From positions 48,670,001 to 48,734,000 of the forward strand of contig NW_025964383.1 of assembly GCF_023055435.1 (NCBI RefSeq): DNA of 64,000 nucleotides, in the 5' to 3' direction. The stretch's first letter is position 1. Each line of letters begins with the position of its first letter. Source of the DNA: Haliotis rufescens. Lineage: Eukaryota. The position numbers and the translations under genes were made by a program. Below the pieces are notes generated by a model that was given only the letters and a program-made list of their open reading frames with translations, was not told the origin of the DNA and searched no databases. Positions 26,171 through 39,835 of this stretch are shown piece by piece.

Positions 26171-27959
26171 AAAAGGATGACTTACACTCCCTGTTATTCA
26201 TGCGTATTCTTCTATGTATACATAAATCAGTGTAGGACACTTCCATGTTCTGGTTGACAGCCTCTGCCAGGAGAACGGAACATCGATCGTTCTACCCCCG
26301 TGCTGTGTCATACCAAAAGATGGTACACTGTCTGCCATTAACACCTTAGACATGTTGTTGGATGTATCAAGAAATTGTTATATTTGTAGCAAAGGTTTGA
26401 CAAGTGAGGTCAAAATAAGATCAGCCACTGATGCCGCCGTCAAAAGGTGAAACTGATAAGTTACCTATTTGTTTGGGTGAAATTTATGCTGCTTTTTGCA
26501 GTATTCCAGTTTTATCAAGACGGGAAACACCACTAAAGGGTTCTTTATAATATGATGTTTAGGGATGTTAAAATCAAGTCGTCTCAGTGATGAACAAAGA
26601 TAGCGAGACCTTAATTAGTGTAAGAAAGCTGCTCACAAGTAACTAACAGCAGTTTGTTAACGATACTGGAGCACTGTACTCTTTTATATGTCAAATTATA
26701 AAGGTGCGGAAAACTATCAGGCATGTTCAAATGACTGGCAATTAGCCTTTCTCTTTCTGACACGTGAGAATTTGAGAATTCTGAAGTGGATACATATATC
26801 GATATGGCTTCAATGTGAGAAAATGGCAGATTGTTTTAACTTCAAGTGAGCATCTAAGACGTGGTCATGCTCATATACTAGGAAAAGGCTTCATAAAAAT
26901 ACCAAAGTCGAATGAGGCGCCTTATTTGCTTTAAAGAGTTGCTTAATCTTGTTATTGTACCGTTTGTATGCATGTCTTTCAGTTTGTAATAAACTTATTG
27001 TTGTTCTAAACATGTGTTTTTTGTTCCATATTTGTTTTTTGTATAGTTAACAAAATACGAGCTAAACTGATTTAGATATGTTTTCTTCATTTGCAAGTCC
27101 ATCTTGTAAGGTAGACCCAAATGTAAAGGTAAAACTAAAGTGAGATCAGTCGTAAATGACGAGTAAAATCTTACATCACCCGGTTCAAATGACGTTAAAC
27201 TTAACACTTCAAGATTTTTATTTGAAACGGTGGTCAAATGTCATTTGACTATATCATGACATGCCTCTTCAATTTTTAAAAATGAAATTAATAACATACT
27301 TCATCAGCTTTGGGAAACCTTTGCGAACGATTTCGAGGCATTTGCAATTGATATCTCTAAATGATTTACAAGGAGAAAAGATTGGTGCGAAAGGTGTATT
27401 TTACGATGATGTGGTTTGAACACATTCATATGTTGCATCTCATTCATATATTGCATTTTTTAGGCATACGTTCCTTACGTTCCTGTGGATATAAACACTG
27501 TAATGAAATGTGAAACATGATTGTACAGAAAGTGCGCATACCAGCTACATATGCTTTCCATGCCTGGTGGTGGGTGTGCATGTCAAGCCTGTAAGTGTTC
27601 GTGGATTAAACAGACCAATCATGAAGTCATGTCCACCAAACTACCTGTTCAGTTTACGCCTGTGTTTAAGAAACGACAATAAGAGTATTATTTAGTCACA
27701 AATTAAAAGAGAGTGTTTTACTTCCTGAACATGTAAAGTCTTTTGAAGGAAAGATAATTTACGGCAACATCTCTCGGTTTCATAGAGATAATCTAAACTG
27801 TAACCTAGGCATGAGGCAGCTTCCTAACTGGAAACTATGGGCCTCACAGTTTACATTGCATTTGGAATATCATATCCGTTGGCATATCAAATGTCGACAC
27901 GCTAATTCAGGGAAATTTACACTGTGTGCTCAACCTTCTTCAAATGCAAGTAAACGCAG

Positions 27960-28275
27960 AGAGACGAAGTCACCTCCCGGTGAGGTGAGGCGGGATGAGG
28001 ATGAGGGGTAGAGGTCACGGGGAAAGACGAAGTCACTGCCCGGAGAGGTGAGACGGGGTGAGGGTGAGGGGTAGAGGTCACGGGGAACGACGAAGTCACT
28101 GCCCGGAGAGGTGAGACGGGGTGAGGGTGAGGGGTAGAGGTCACGGGGAACGACGAAGTCACTGCCCGGAGAGGTGATACGGGATGAGGGTGAGGGGTAG
28201 AGGTCACAGGGGAAGACGAAGTCACTGCCCAGAGAGGTTAGACGGGCTGAGGATGAGGGGTAGAGGTCACAGGGG
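27960..28275. repeat. 63-bp G-rich minisatellite, ~5 units
   Basis: Same unit as in copies 1 and 2. Confidence 0.9.
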
Positions 28276-29307
28276 TCTAATCAACTAGCAGCGAGGGCCC
28301 CAGTTGGTTGTTACTTGACGTGACCTCTGAAAATTAGGTATGTCGTAATTCAGATTTTACACTGTGTAGCATTTTCTCCTATTAGAGCTATCCATTCGTC
28401 TAATTGTTGCATACATTGGCTCACGCGTTTAAACATATTCATGGGAAGAGTATTGCGACACTAATTATGGAATTACAAGTAGATACATTACAATGATCAG
28501 GTAAATTCAACAGAAATCGTAAAAGTTTCCGTCCTGTGTGACGCCATAGCTGACGCGAAATCACGCACAACGACGACGGTAGGCCCAGTTATCTGCGCTC
28601 CTGACAAATTCTCTTGGTTGCATATAACAAATCACAAATAACAGTACAAGATTGTCGTATTGTTTCTGATTACTAACACGACACACTTACGTACGATCCC
28701 TCAGTCAACGGAAATCCTCCCGCCTCATGTCAGTGAACGCGCCACATAAACGTCGGTCACCGGTGATGATGTCATACTTAAGTAAACGTTATTGTACATG
28801 TTTGGTAATTTCTTTGAAGGAAAAGTATTCACTAGTTTGCATTATCGTCATCGCCTTGATAATCTACTGATATGGCTGAAACCATTTTGTGTTGGGTCAC
28901 ATTGTTTATGAGTAGTAAGCACATCGGATGACGTCACTTTTGACCGGTGTATTATGCTAAAAGGGGGCGATTTTAGGGTGTGTAAGAAACAGATTACTGC
29001 TCTCATGCTTGTCAGGTACTAGTTATCTTACAACTTTCAAAGCGTATTAATGAAATAACTCGTTGTAAGATAAATGGTATCTAACTGATATTCGAGTAGT
29101 AATCACTATTTACCTCTTTAATATACGAGACGATAGTATTAACCACTTGAAGTATGAAATTCGGGAGAAAGGAACTGTTAAAGTGGGGCTGTATTAATAG
29201 GAGAGGTTGCTGAGATCAAATTTGTTGGGACATTTCTTACATCCACAACTCAAACGGAAGACTTTATGGAGCAGTGATACCAACACTTTACTTCTTATTT
29301 AGTAGAC

Positions 29308-29932
29308 NNNNNNNNNNNNNNNNNNNNNNNNNNNNNNNNNNNNNNNNNNNNNNNNNNNNNNNNNNNNNNNNNNNNNNNNNNNNNNNNNNNNNNNNNNNNN
29401 NNNNNNNNNNNNNNNNNNNNNNNNNNNNNNNNNNNNNNNNNNNNNNNNNNNNNNNNNNNNNNNNNNNNNNNNNNNNNNNNNNNNNNNNNNNNNNNNNNNN
29501 NNNNNNNNNNNNNNNNNNNNNNNNNNNNNNNNNNNNNNNNNNNNNNNNNNNNNNNNNNNNNNNNNNNNNNNNNNNNNNNNNNNNNNNNNNNNNNNNNNNN
29601 NNNNNNNNNNNNNNNNNNNNNNNNNNNNNNNNNNNNNNNNNNNNNNNNNNNNNNNNNNNNNNNNNNNNNNNNNNNNNNNNNNNNNNNNNNNNNNNNNNNN
29701 NNNNNNNNNNNNNNNNNNNNNNNNNNNNNNNNNNNNNNNNNNNNNNNNNNNNNNNNNNNNNNNNNNNNNNNNNNNNNNNNNNNNNNNNNNNNNNNNNNNN
29801 NNNNNNNNNNNNNNNNNNNNNNNNNNNNNNNNNNNNNNNNNNNNNNNNNNNNNNNNNNNNNNNNNNNNNNNNNNNNNNNNNNNNNNNNNNNNNNNNNNNN
29901 NNNNNNNNNNNNNNNNNNNNNNNNNNNNNNNN
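29308..29932. other. Assembly gap (625 N)
   Basis: Run of N. Confidence 1.
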
Positions 29933-30189
29933 GGGTAATTACTCATCTATCTACTGATTCCCCTCGATGTATCACTCGAGGTTCAAATCCATACAACACT
30001 TCAGGTTTCCTCCATGTGATATAACTGAAGTTCTGATTAAAGCGGCGGTAAACGAACATGACTCACCCACTCACCCAACCCAGAGTGAAGTACGACCCGA
30101 ACTGAAACCGAATCTATTTCAACTCATATGCTACTCCACAATATATGCATGTCGTTTGATTTACGTATGTTTATGCCCTTGTCCAGAAA

Positions 30190-30665
30190 CCTATGCTTGT
30201 CGTGCGGTTTTCGTAACGATATATCAACTAAGATATGCTTGTCGTGCGGTTTACGTATCGATATATCCACTAAGCTATGATTGTCTTGCGCTTTACATAA
30301 CGATATATCCACTAAGCTATGCTTGTCGTGGGGTGTACGTCACGATATATCCACTAATCTATGCTTGTCTATGGGTGTACGTAACGATATATCCACTAAG
30401 ATATGCTTGTCGTGCAGTTCACCTAACGATATATCCACTAAGATATGCTTGTCATGCGCTTTACATAATGATATATCCACTAAGATATGCTTGTCGTGCG
30501 CTTTACATAACGATATATCCACTAAGATATGCTTGTCATGCGCTTTACATAACGATATATCCACTAAGCTATGCTTGTCGTTGGGTGTACGTAACAATAT
30601 ATCCACTAAGATATGCTTGTCGTGCGGTTTACCTAACGAAATATCCACTAAGCTATGCTTGTTAT
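30190..30665. repeat. 42-bp minisatellite, ~11 units
   Basis: Unit cgatatatccactaagatatgcttgtcgtgcgctttacataa; gives 14-aa periodicity in several frames. Confidence 0.95.
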
Positions 30666-30825
30666 GAGTTTAATCGTGTGGCTCGCGTGTCATAGCACAT
30701 CGTTCAAAAATTTTCACCATTTCCAGGAAAACCCCAATTACTGATTGTTAGTTCCAGATGTCGCTATACTATTTCTGAGAGCAGCATTAAATAATCAACA
30801 AACACGTGCTTAACATGACCTACTC

Positions 30826-30980
30826 CACGAGAACAGGTATGGTGCTGACAAACGTAGAAACATAATTGGGGCGAACCGGGATTCTAACCCACAATCATAG
30901 ACTTCTGGCGTGCCCAAGGGACGCAGCAACTATGCACAGCGAGTCGCGGTGCCTTAGACGACTGGGCCACCTGTGCACCC
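30826..30980 (-). mobile_element. SINE family C head (tRNA-Leu/Ser-like)
   Basis: Homologous to 45185-45339; minus strand reads ggtggcccagtcgtctaaggc...gggttagaatcccgg. Confidence 0.75.
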
Positions 30981-31002
30981 TCAATAACAGGCGAATAAAT
31001 GG

Positions 31003-31135
31003 ATCGGGTGGTCAGGCTCGGTGACTTGCGTGTCATCGTATGCCAAATGCCTGGATCGAAGCTGATGATGTCAATCACTGGAGTTTCTGGCTGTCGCACA
31101 GTTAGAGTGCGGTGTGAAACAATAAACAAAAAGCA
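31003..31135 (+). mobile_element. SINE-like repeat family B fragment
   Basis: gatcgggtggtcaggctcggtgactt...gagtgcggtgtgaaacaataaacaaa. Confidence 0.7.
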
Positions 31136-31867
31136 AATGATATTGAGTAATTACATTTACATGACAAAATCGTAATGTAGCGATAAGGCAAAATACAAAC
31201 GTATTGAAATGCGGAAACAAAGAAGACCATGTGAAATATATGTACAGTATTTTACATGTTCGAAGAAAGCATATCACTAAGATGACTTAACATTGATTCA
31301 TAATTCCACTATAGGTAGTCTATAACGCTCACAGTGCATCTCTTTTACAACATTTTACGACATCGTTGTTTTGACACTTGAGCATTGACTGACATGACGT
31401 CAAGCAATGTGTTCTATTGTGTAAAATATGACATTGAATACGCCCGCCGTATAAGCCTAAGGCAGCAGCCACGGTAAAGTATCTAAATAAACCAACACAA
31501 GTTGTATTCCTATAGAATAAATTTCAAAACATAAATAATTAAATTTGAATAATAGGTTATAAGAGTTGTATTTTTCAGAAAGCATATGTTTGATAGAATA
31601 CGTTCAACGCCAATTTTGGAGGTTATTTGTTTCCATAACATTTTGCTTTATAAAAGTTAAATCAACTGATATTTTCGTGTGATCTGTTTCACGTTAAAGA
31701 AGTTAGAGCTTTCGTCTGCAGGTTCCTAGGTGCACAGCACATTTTCATTGCAGGATCAGAATAGTATGTTTTATGCATGCAAAGACCAAACATAGTGCTC
31801 ACAGATCAGCTGTTTTTATGACAGTGAGCTCCTGGCATAGCTATCTGGACTGACGTCATCTACGATA

Positions 31868-34783
31868 TCAATCAAGGGAAAATTCTGTGACAGGAACAAG
31901 TCGACACTGCTCTGTACTGGCGCCTTCTTGGATCTCGTCTGGTAGCTGACCAACTCTGTCTCCCTCAGTCATATCCTCATAGTGATGTAGTGACATGTAC
32001 TCCCTGCTGGGGGCATCTGTCTGTGCCGCGTTCACGGCCTCATCATTAGCACCGTGTTTCCTGTAAACAGAATGTTTCATTTTGTCAAACACAAGAACAA
32101 CATATTTATTAATGCACACGCACAATTATGCATTGATGTTTTAAATTATCAATTGTGTATTTAGCGGTCATGTGTTGTATTAAAAAAGATAATAGATTTG
32201 ATATTTTACTTTACGTCTCTCCATCTACCAATCGTTTACATCACAACGTTGTCCGGTTACTCGATGATAACAACATGCCATTTTACACTATATATAGTCA
32301 ATACCAACCGTAATCATTAGAAATATCCGCTTGAAACAAAGTATGTTGTGCGCTTCCAACTAGGCTTTACAAAGGCCGTGAATGTTGTCAGTTTGATCTA
32401 ACAAGTTTTGAACAAACTTATACGCTCGTAGAAAGAGCATGTTCGGTTGTAGCTCACAAGTGAAATGCGGACACCAAAGGCTGGAACTTCCTCGACAAGA
32501 ACAAACCTTTTCGTACTCAATCCTTTACGGTAACAGACGTAACATGTGAAACTAGCCACAAGGATGATAATAATATTCAACACAACTAGTGTCAAGGTCA
32601 CAGTGTTGGAGGCCTCTGGGTTCTGCACGTCTGAAATAGGTAACAAATCACAATCATGGAACATAGTGTCTGCCAAGAAGTGAGTGGGTGTATGTATTTT
32701 AACATGCTCCGGATTGTAAATCACAAAGAGTCCATACTGCATCGATCGAAGGAAGTGTGATACAATAGTACTCGGTCATGTATCAAAGCGTGACTTGGTT
32801 TCCCATATTTGCATTCTACGATTTAAAAACTTTTACAAGTTCCAGGTTAACCCATTTTAAAGGATCCAGAAGGAGATTGCTAGTGATACCACATTCCTGT
32901 ATACATCAAGCAAACAAACAAACAAACAAACTATACTCCTGTACTCCTGGTCACAAACACCCTCGAGAGAACTAATTACAACTATCTCCAACTGCTGTGA
33001 CCGCTGAAACAAGCTTCAGTGTCCAAAGATCAATATTAAATGGCGGTCTGTCAGAGCTCTCAGCATGGCTTACCTGTGTCACAGGATCCCGTAGAACAAT
33101 TAGATAATGAGGCGTTGTTTGTGCAGTTGTACCTACACGTGTATCGAGTGATGTTGTACACAGGTATACATAAACTGGAGCTTGTGTCAGTAATATCATC
33201 CTGACATAAATTGCATGATAGGTTGCAACCATCCCCAGCTAAACCACTGTTGCAACCATTGCAACAAGGTCCGATGTTTAAGGCACAGGTGAGGTTGAGG
33301 CACTTCTCCAGGCATCGTTCACATCCATACTTAATATGTCTCTGTGCACATCCTTCAATACACGCACCTGCGCGGTTACACCTTTGATGTGTGCAGTCAG
33401 AGTTGCATCGCCTTGAACACTTCGGGCCGTACCAGCCATCTACACAACCGTGAACACACTCGCCAGTCTGGCTGTGGCACTCTGGGGTACATGAGTCTCC
33501 CTCAGGACATTGTTCATCAGTAGACAGGGAGGGATCAGCTCGGCAGGTGTCACTGCATGCTTCAGTACAGTTGTCTCCATAGAATCCTTGTCTGCATCCC
33601 TGTTGGCAGCCACTCTCACATCCACCGACACAGTGCTCACACGAGGATCTACAGTCCAGTCCAGAATATGGAGGCTGACACTCCTCACATGTTCCTGTGA
33701 TCCTGTTGCAGGACTTACATCTGCTGGAACACGTCCTACATCCTGCTCCGTGGTATGAGTCGCTGCAGCCAGAGAAACAAACTCCACCCATCTGGCAATA
33801 CTCGCCATCACATCCACCTGGGCATCTGGTACAGTTGCCATTGTTATTGTAACATGGCCTCTGGCAGTTTGAGCCTTGGAATCCCGGGATGCAGCCATAA
33901 GTACATCTCCCAATACCCCTATCAGGAAGCAGGTGACATGTGTTGTTCCTGCACCTTGTGCTGCAAACATCCCTGTATGTGGCGCCGAAATATCCCCTAT
34001 GGCACTCTGTGAGGCATCCTTGTGTCTGCGCATCACACTCGGAGCATTGCTGAATACTCCAACAGTTAGCACCTAGAAAAGAATATGATAAAGATATATT
34101 TTGCTATACATATTTGATCAAGAAAGTTACTGCAACAACACACACAATTGGGTGATGTAATGTGAGTTGGGTTTAACGCCGCTTTTAACAGTATTCCAGT
34201 CATATCACAGCGTGTGTGATGTAATGTGGAAAAGTGTTGCCAGCAATCCAGTAGAAGCAGCTTAACTTCTTATGCCAGTCAGACAAGTCTCGACAACATA
34301 ATCGTGTATTTGGTCGGGTTTGGGAAAATAATGCCACAAGTCTTGGCGATGCGGTCTGCAAGTCTGCAATCTTGCGAAGGAGATATAGAAATACAATGAG
34401 CAGTGTAAGGACAGGTCATGAGTGACTTTTCAACAGGGGGACGCACATTTCATAAGTTTCTTTTCTAATGCACTTTCCTCACCTCCAATATAAAGAGATT
34501 TTGTCAATTGGTATGCAGTCAAAACCACTGTTTATCTATGATTATGAAGAACATTATAACAAAAAAGCATAAACATGACGCCCACGTACAATAAGGTGCA
34601 TTCATTATCTATGGGCATCGTTATTAAACAACTAATTTGATGATAATGTCAAAACCTTGAAGCGCCGCCAACAAGTCCTACGATGACCTACCTCATGCAG
34701 CACAATGAATATAGATAACTCATCTGCTTACCTTGTGTGGGGATAAGCATCCATGCAATCACTGTTATCCCAAGAGGCCACAT
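31868..34783 (-). CDS. EGF/laminin-EGF-rich type-I membrane receptor (MEGF10/Draper/SCARF-like), ~455 aa, 4 coding exons: 34783-34732, 34072-33074, 32630-32507, 32060-31868
   Basis: Signal-peptide exon MWPLGITVIAWMLIPTQG. A 999-bp Cys-rich exon with CxxGyyGxxC units. TM exon (LTLVVLNIIIILVASFTCYVCY followed by RK). Tail exon with YMSL/YEDM. All introns are GT-AG with compatible phases (1,1,2), and the exons total 1368 nt. An acceptor at 34791 implies an upstream 5'UTR exon. Confidence 0.88.
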
Positions 34784-34924
34784 TGTCTCCCTGAGCATGA
34801 AATGAAGCAAATTAAAACAGCTGATTAATGTCCGGTTAGAGGATACAATCTCACCAATCCTCGACGTTAGTAGTTGAGTGCATCGTCCATAGACCACATA
34901 GACCTCTGATGACGTCATCGCGTA

Positions 34925-35116
34925 CCCGTGAAGATTCCGGGGTAGAATAGGTCTTCAGCAACCTATGCTTGCCGTAAAAGGTGACTATGCTTGTCGGAAA
35001 AGGCGACTAACGGGATCGGGTGATCAGACTCGCTGACTTGGTTGTCTGGTCGATTTTTTACAGACCGCCGTCATATAGCTGTAATATTGCTGAGAGCGGC
35101 CAACCAACCAACCAAC
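34925..35116 (+). mobile_element. SINE-like repeat family B inserted into the left Polinton TIR
   Basis: cccgtgaagattccggggtagaataggtcttcagcaacc... with a (caac)n tail; absent from the right TIR. Confidence 0.8.
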
Positions 35117-35379
35117 GTGACCTGCGCAGGGCATTGTGGTCAGGTGTGACGTCACGATGATGTCACTTCCGGTTCCGGTGGCAGTGCGCATCCAAGATGG
35201 CGGCACGTCCAGTTCCGGGGTTCGTGCACCTCCAAGATGGTGGCACGTCCGGTTCCGGGGGGACCATCTCCTCATCCAAGAGAGCGGCACGGTGCCTCCA
35301 AGAGGGCGGCGGTGGCGGAAGGGAGGGAGGGCGGGGAGGCGAAGGCGTCGGCGGCGGCAGCGCGAGGTCTGGGAGGGAG

Positions 35380-35380
<1 letters not shown>

Positions 35381-35423
<43 letters not shown>

Positions 35424-35424
35424 A
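35381..35424. repeat. (GGC)n microsatellite
   Basis: About 14 GGC units. Confidence 0.95.
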
Positions 35425-35564
35425 GTGATTGTTGACGGCTCAGGATATGGGTATTTCGATCACATTCGTGTCCAATCGTGCCTCTCATTAAATCAGATCT
35501 TAGTTTTCGCTGTTGGTTGGCAAAGCTCAGAGGACATCCCAGTTACGGCCACGTCACAACGTCG

Positions 35565-38500
35565 GTAAGACTGAGTGTACGCCCCTGTAAGACTGACTGT
35601 ACACGTCTGAAAGACAGACGTACATCCCTTAAGACTGACTGTACAATTATGTAAGACTGGCTGCACACCCCTTAAGACTGACTGTTCACCCCTTAAGACT
35701 GTCTGTACACCCATATAAGGCTGTCTGTACACCCATGTATGACTGACTGTACACCCATGCAAGACTGACTGTACATCCCTGTTAGGCTGACCGTACATCC
35801 ATATTGATTTAAACATAATTATAAAACTGATTGATCACTGACAGTACGCTCAGGTAATATTGTCGGTAACCTTCTACGGTTCAATTAACTTACATCAACT
35901 GACTGTACAGCCCTTGAGACTGACTGTACATCCCTTAAAAATGACTGCACAACTCTGTAAGACTGACTGTACACTCTTGAAGGCAGACTGACTGTACATC
36001 CATCACAAGGGTCTGTCAGGGTCTGTTGACTGTACAACCCTGTAAGACTAAGTGTATACCACTGTAAGACTGGCTGTACATCCTTTAAGATTGACTGTAC
36101 ACCCATATAAGGCTGACTGTACATCCATGTAAGACTGACTCTACAACCCCGTAAGACTGACTGTACATCCCCGTAAAGCTGACAGTACACCCCTTTAGAT
36201 GACTATACACCCCTTGTAAGAGTGACTGTACACCACTGTAAGACTGATTGTGCACCCCTGTATGATTGACTGAACAACTTCTTAAGATTAACTGTACAAA
36301 CCTGTAAGACAGACTGTAAAACTCTGTAAGCCTGACTGTACAGTCCTTAAGAATGATTGTACAGTCCTTAAGAATGATAGTACAACCCCGTAAAACTGAC
36401 TGTACAACTCTGTAAGATTGACTGTACAGTCCTAAAGACTGATTGTACAACCCCGTAAAACTGACTGTACAACGCTGTAGGAGTGACTGTTCACCCATGT
36501 AAGACGGAGTGTACAACCCTGTAAGACTGACTGTACACCACTGTAAGACTGAGTGTACAACCCTGTAAGACTAAGTGTACAACCCTTTAGAGTGACTTTA
36601 CATCCATGTAAGACTGTGTGTACAACCCATGTAAGACTAAGTGTACACCACTGAAAGATTGACTGTACAATCCTGTAAGACTAAGTGTACACCACTGTAA
36701 GATTGACTGTACACCCCTGTAAGAATGAGTGTACACCACTGTAAGACTAACTGTACACCCCTGTAAAACTGACTGTACACCCCGTCAGACTGACTTTAGA
36801 GCCCTTAAGAATGATTGTGCAACCCTGTAAGACTGACTGTACAACTCTGTAAGATTGACTGTACAACCCTTAAGACTAAGTGTACACCACTGTAAGATTG
36901 ACTGTACAACCCTGTAAGACTAAGTGTATACCACTGTAAGATTGACTGTACAACCCTATAAGACTAAGTGTACACCACTGTAAGGTTGACTGTACAACCC
37001 TGCAAGACTAAGTGTACACCACTGTAAGATTGACTGTACAACCCTGTAAAACCGAGTGTACACCACTGTAAGACTGACTGAACAACTTCTTGGGATTGAC
37101 TGTACAACCCTGTAAGAAAAACTGTAAAACTCTGTATGACTGACTGTACAGTCCTTCAGAATGATTGTACAGTCCTTAAGAATGATTGTACAACCCCGTA
37201 AAACTGGTTGTACAACTCTGTAAGAGTGACTGTACACCACTGTATGACTGAGTGTATAACCCTGTAAGACTAAGTGTACACCTCTGTAAGATTGGCTGTA
37301 CAGCCCTGTAGGACTTACTGTGCACCCTTGTAAGACAGACTGATTGTACACCCTTGTAAGACTGACTCTACAACCCCGTAAGACTGACTGTACATCCCCG
37401 TAAAGCTGACAGTACACCCCTTTAGATGACTATACACCCCTTGTAAGAGTGACTGTACACCACTGTAAGACTGATTGTGCACCCCTGTATGATTGACTGA
37501 ACAACTTCTTAAGATTAACTGTACAAACCTGTAAGACAGACTGTAAAACTCTGTAAGCCTGACTGTACAGTCCTTAAGAATGATTGTACAGTCCTTAAGA
37601 ATGATAGTACAACCCCGTAAAACTGACTGTACAACTCTGTAAGATTGACTGTACAGTCCTAAAGACTGATTGTACAACCCCGTAAAACTGACTGTACAAC
37701 GCTGTAGGAGTGACTGTTCACCCATGTAAGACGGAGTGTACAACCCTGTAAGACTGACTGTACACCACTGTAAGACTGAGTGTACAACCCTGTAAGACTA
37801 AGTGTACAACCCTTTAGAGTGACTTTACATCCATGTAAGACTGTGTGTACAACCCATGTAAGACTAAGTGTACACCACTGAAAGATTGACTGTACAATCC
37901 TGTAAGACTAAGTGTACACCACTGTAAGATTGACTGTACACCCCTGTAAGAATGAGTGTACACCACTGTAAGACTAACTGTACACCCCTGTAAAACTGAC
38001 TGTACACCCCGTCAGACTGACTTTAGAGCCCTTAAGAATGATTGTGCAACCCTGTAAGACTGACTGTACAACTCTGTAAGATTGACTGTACAACCCTTAA
38101 GACTAAGTGTACACCACTGTAAGATTGACTGTACAACCCTGTAAGACTAAGTGTATACCACTGTAAGATTGACTGTACAACCCTATAAGACTAAGTGTAC
38201 ACCACTGTAAGGTTGACTGTACAACCCTGCAAGACTAAGTGTACACCACTGTAAGATTGACTGTACAACCCTGTAAAACCGAGTGTACACCACTGTAAGA
38301 CTGACTGAACAACTTCTTGGGATTGACTGTACAACCCTGTAAGAAAAACTGTAAAACTCTGTATGACTGACTGTACAGTCCTTCAGAATGATTGTACAGT
38401 CCTTAAGAATGATTGTACAACCCCGTAAAACTGGTTGTACAACTCTGTAAGAGTGACTGTACACCACTGTATGACTGAGTGTATAACCCTGTAAGACTAA

Positions 38501-38920
38501 GTGTACACCTCTGTAAGATTGGCTGTACAGCCCTGTAGGACTTACTGTGCACCCTTGTAAGACAGACTGATTGTACACCCTTGTAAGACCGACTGTACAC
38601 CCCTGTAGACTTACTGTACACCCATGTAAGACAAACTGACTGTACACCCTTGTAAGACCGACTGTACAACCCTGTAAGACTGACTGTACACCCTTGTAAG
38701 ACCAACTGAACAACTCTATAAGACTGACTGTACAGCCCTGTAGGACTTACTGTGCACCCTTGTAAGACAGACTGATTGTACACCCTTGTTAGACCGACTG
38801 TACACCCCTGTAGACTTACTGTACACCTTTGTAAGACAAACTGACTGTACACCCTTGTAAGACCGACTGTACAACTCAGTAAGACTGACTGTACACTCTT
38901 GAAGGCAGACTGACTGTACA
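35565..38920. repeat. ~22-bp satellite (gtaagactgactgtacaaccct) with a 1227-bp higher-order duplication
   Basis: Tandem units; variant patterns recur at offset 1227 (36129 vs 37356; ORFs 36956 vs 38183). Confidence 0.95.
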
Positions 38921-39304
38921 TCCATCACAAGGGTCTGTCCGGTTTGGCTCAGACAAGGTGCCGGAACGGATCCATAGACGTGCTGCGTTTTCAACCCTTC
39001 AGGAAGCAGGGTTTCAATGCCTGTCCTATAAAAATTAAAAAGAGCGAAGCCACGCACACCGTCACAGTCCTAGCACTGAATGAGCTGTCGATGCAGCTGT
39101 CTGACGTGCCAGACCAAAGGTCAACAATGTCCGTGGACCGAAAGAACGCTTTCATCCTTTGCTTTGCCAATACAAACAACAATCAAAAAGAACCCACACC
39201 CTTCCCAGTCCTCTTGGAGGTACACGCCTACGAGTGACACCATGTATCTTTGTATGTTTGTAAATACTACTATTTAAAAACGTCTGTTTGAAGGCACGCA
39301 TGAC

Positions 39305-39835
39305 ACCACGTTTGCATGGAGACACGCGTGACACCACGTTTGCATGGAGACACGCGTGACACCACGTTTGCATGGAGACACGAAGAACATCACGTGTGCA
39401 TTGAGACACGAAGTACATCACATTTGCATGGAGACACGAAGTACATCACGTTTGCATGGAGACACGAAGTACATCACGTTTGCATGGAGACACGAAGTAC
39501 ATCACGTTTGCATGGAGACATGAAGTACATCACGTTTGCATGGAGACACGAGTGACAGTACGCATGTAGACATACACGAGTGCCACTTCCTCGGCGTGGA
39601 TGAACGAGTGACAACGTCACGCATGTCTATCGATCTATACTTCAAAAACGTCTGTTCGTAGTCAAGCGTGACACCACGTTTGCATGGAGACACGAAGTAC
39701 ATCACGTTTGCATGGAGACACGAAGTACATCACGTTTGCATGGAGACACGAGTGACAGTACGCATGTAGACATACACGAGTGCCAACTCCTCGGCGTGGG
39801 TGAGCGAGTGACAACGTCATAATCATATTGATAAA
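39305..39835. repeat. 28-bp minisatellite (cacgtttgcatggagacacgaagtacat) in two subterminal blocks
   Basis: Tandem units at 39305-39550 and 39670-39750, each followed by a shared ~70-bp tail. Confidence 0.9.

Larger units (their letters stand above)
517..28312 (+). repeat. Tandem segmental array, ~11.07 kb period, three gene copies
   Basis: Paralogous ORFs start at 2514, 13593 and 24656 (offsets 11079 and 11063). Flanks, SINE, MITE and minisatellites are collinear. Copy-3 homology ends at ~28312, equivalent to ~6808. Confidence 0.95.

Noticed and set aside
29274-29957. ORFs spanning the N run
   Set aside because: Assembly-gap artefacts.
29967-30695. Repetitive ORFs (TIYPLRYAC.., DISTKICLS..)
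   Set aside because: By-products of a 42-bp minisatellite that is open in several frames.
35024-38921. Poly-Arg/Gly/Ala ORFs and many YSQSY/CTVSL ORFs
   Set aside because: They arise from the GGC microsatellite, the GC-rich TIR and the 22-bp satellite.
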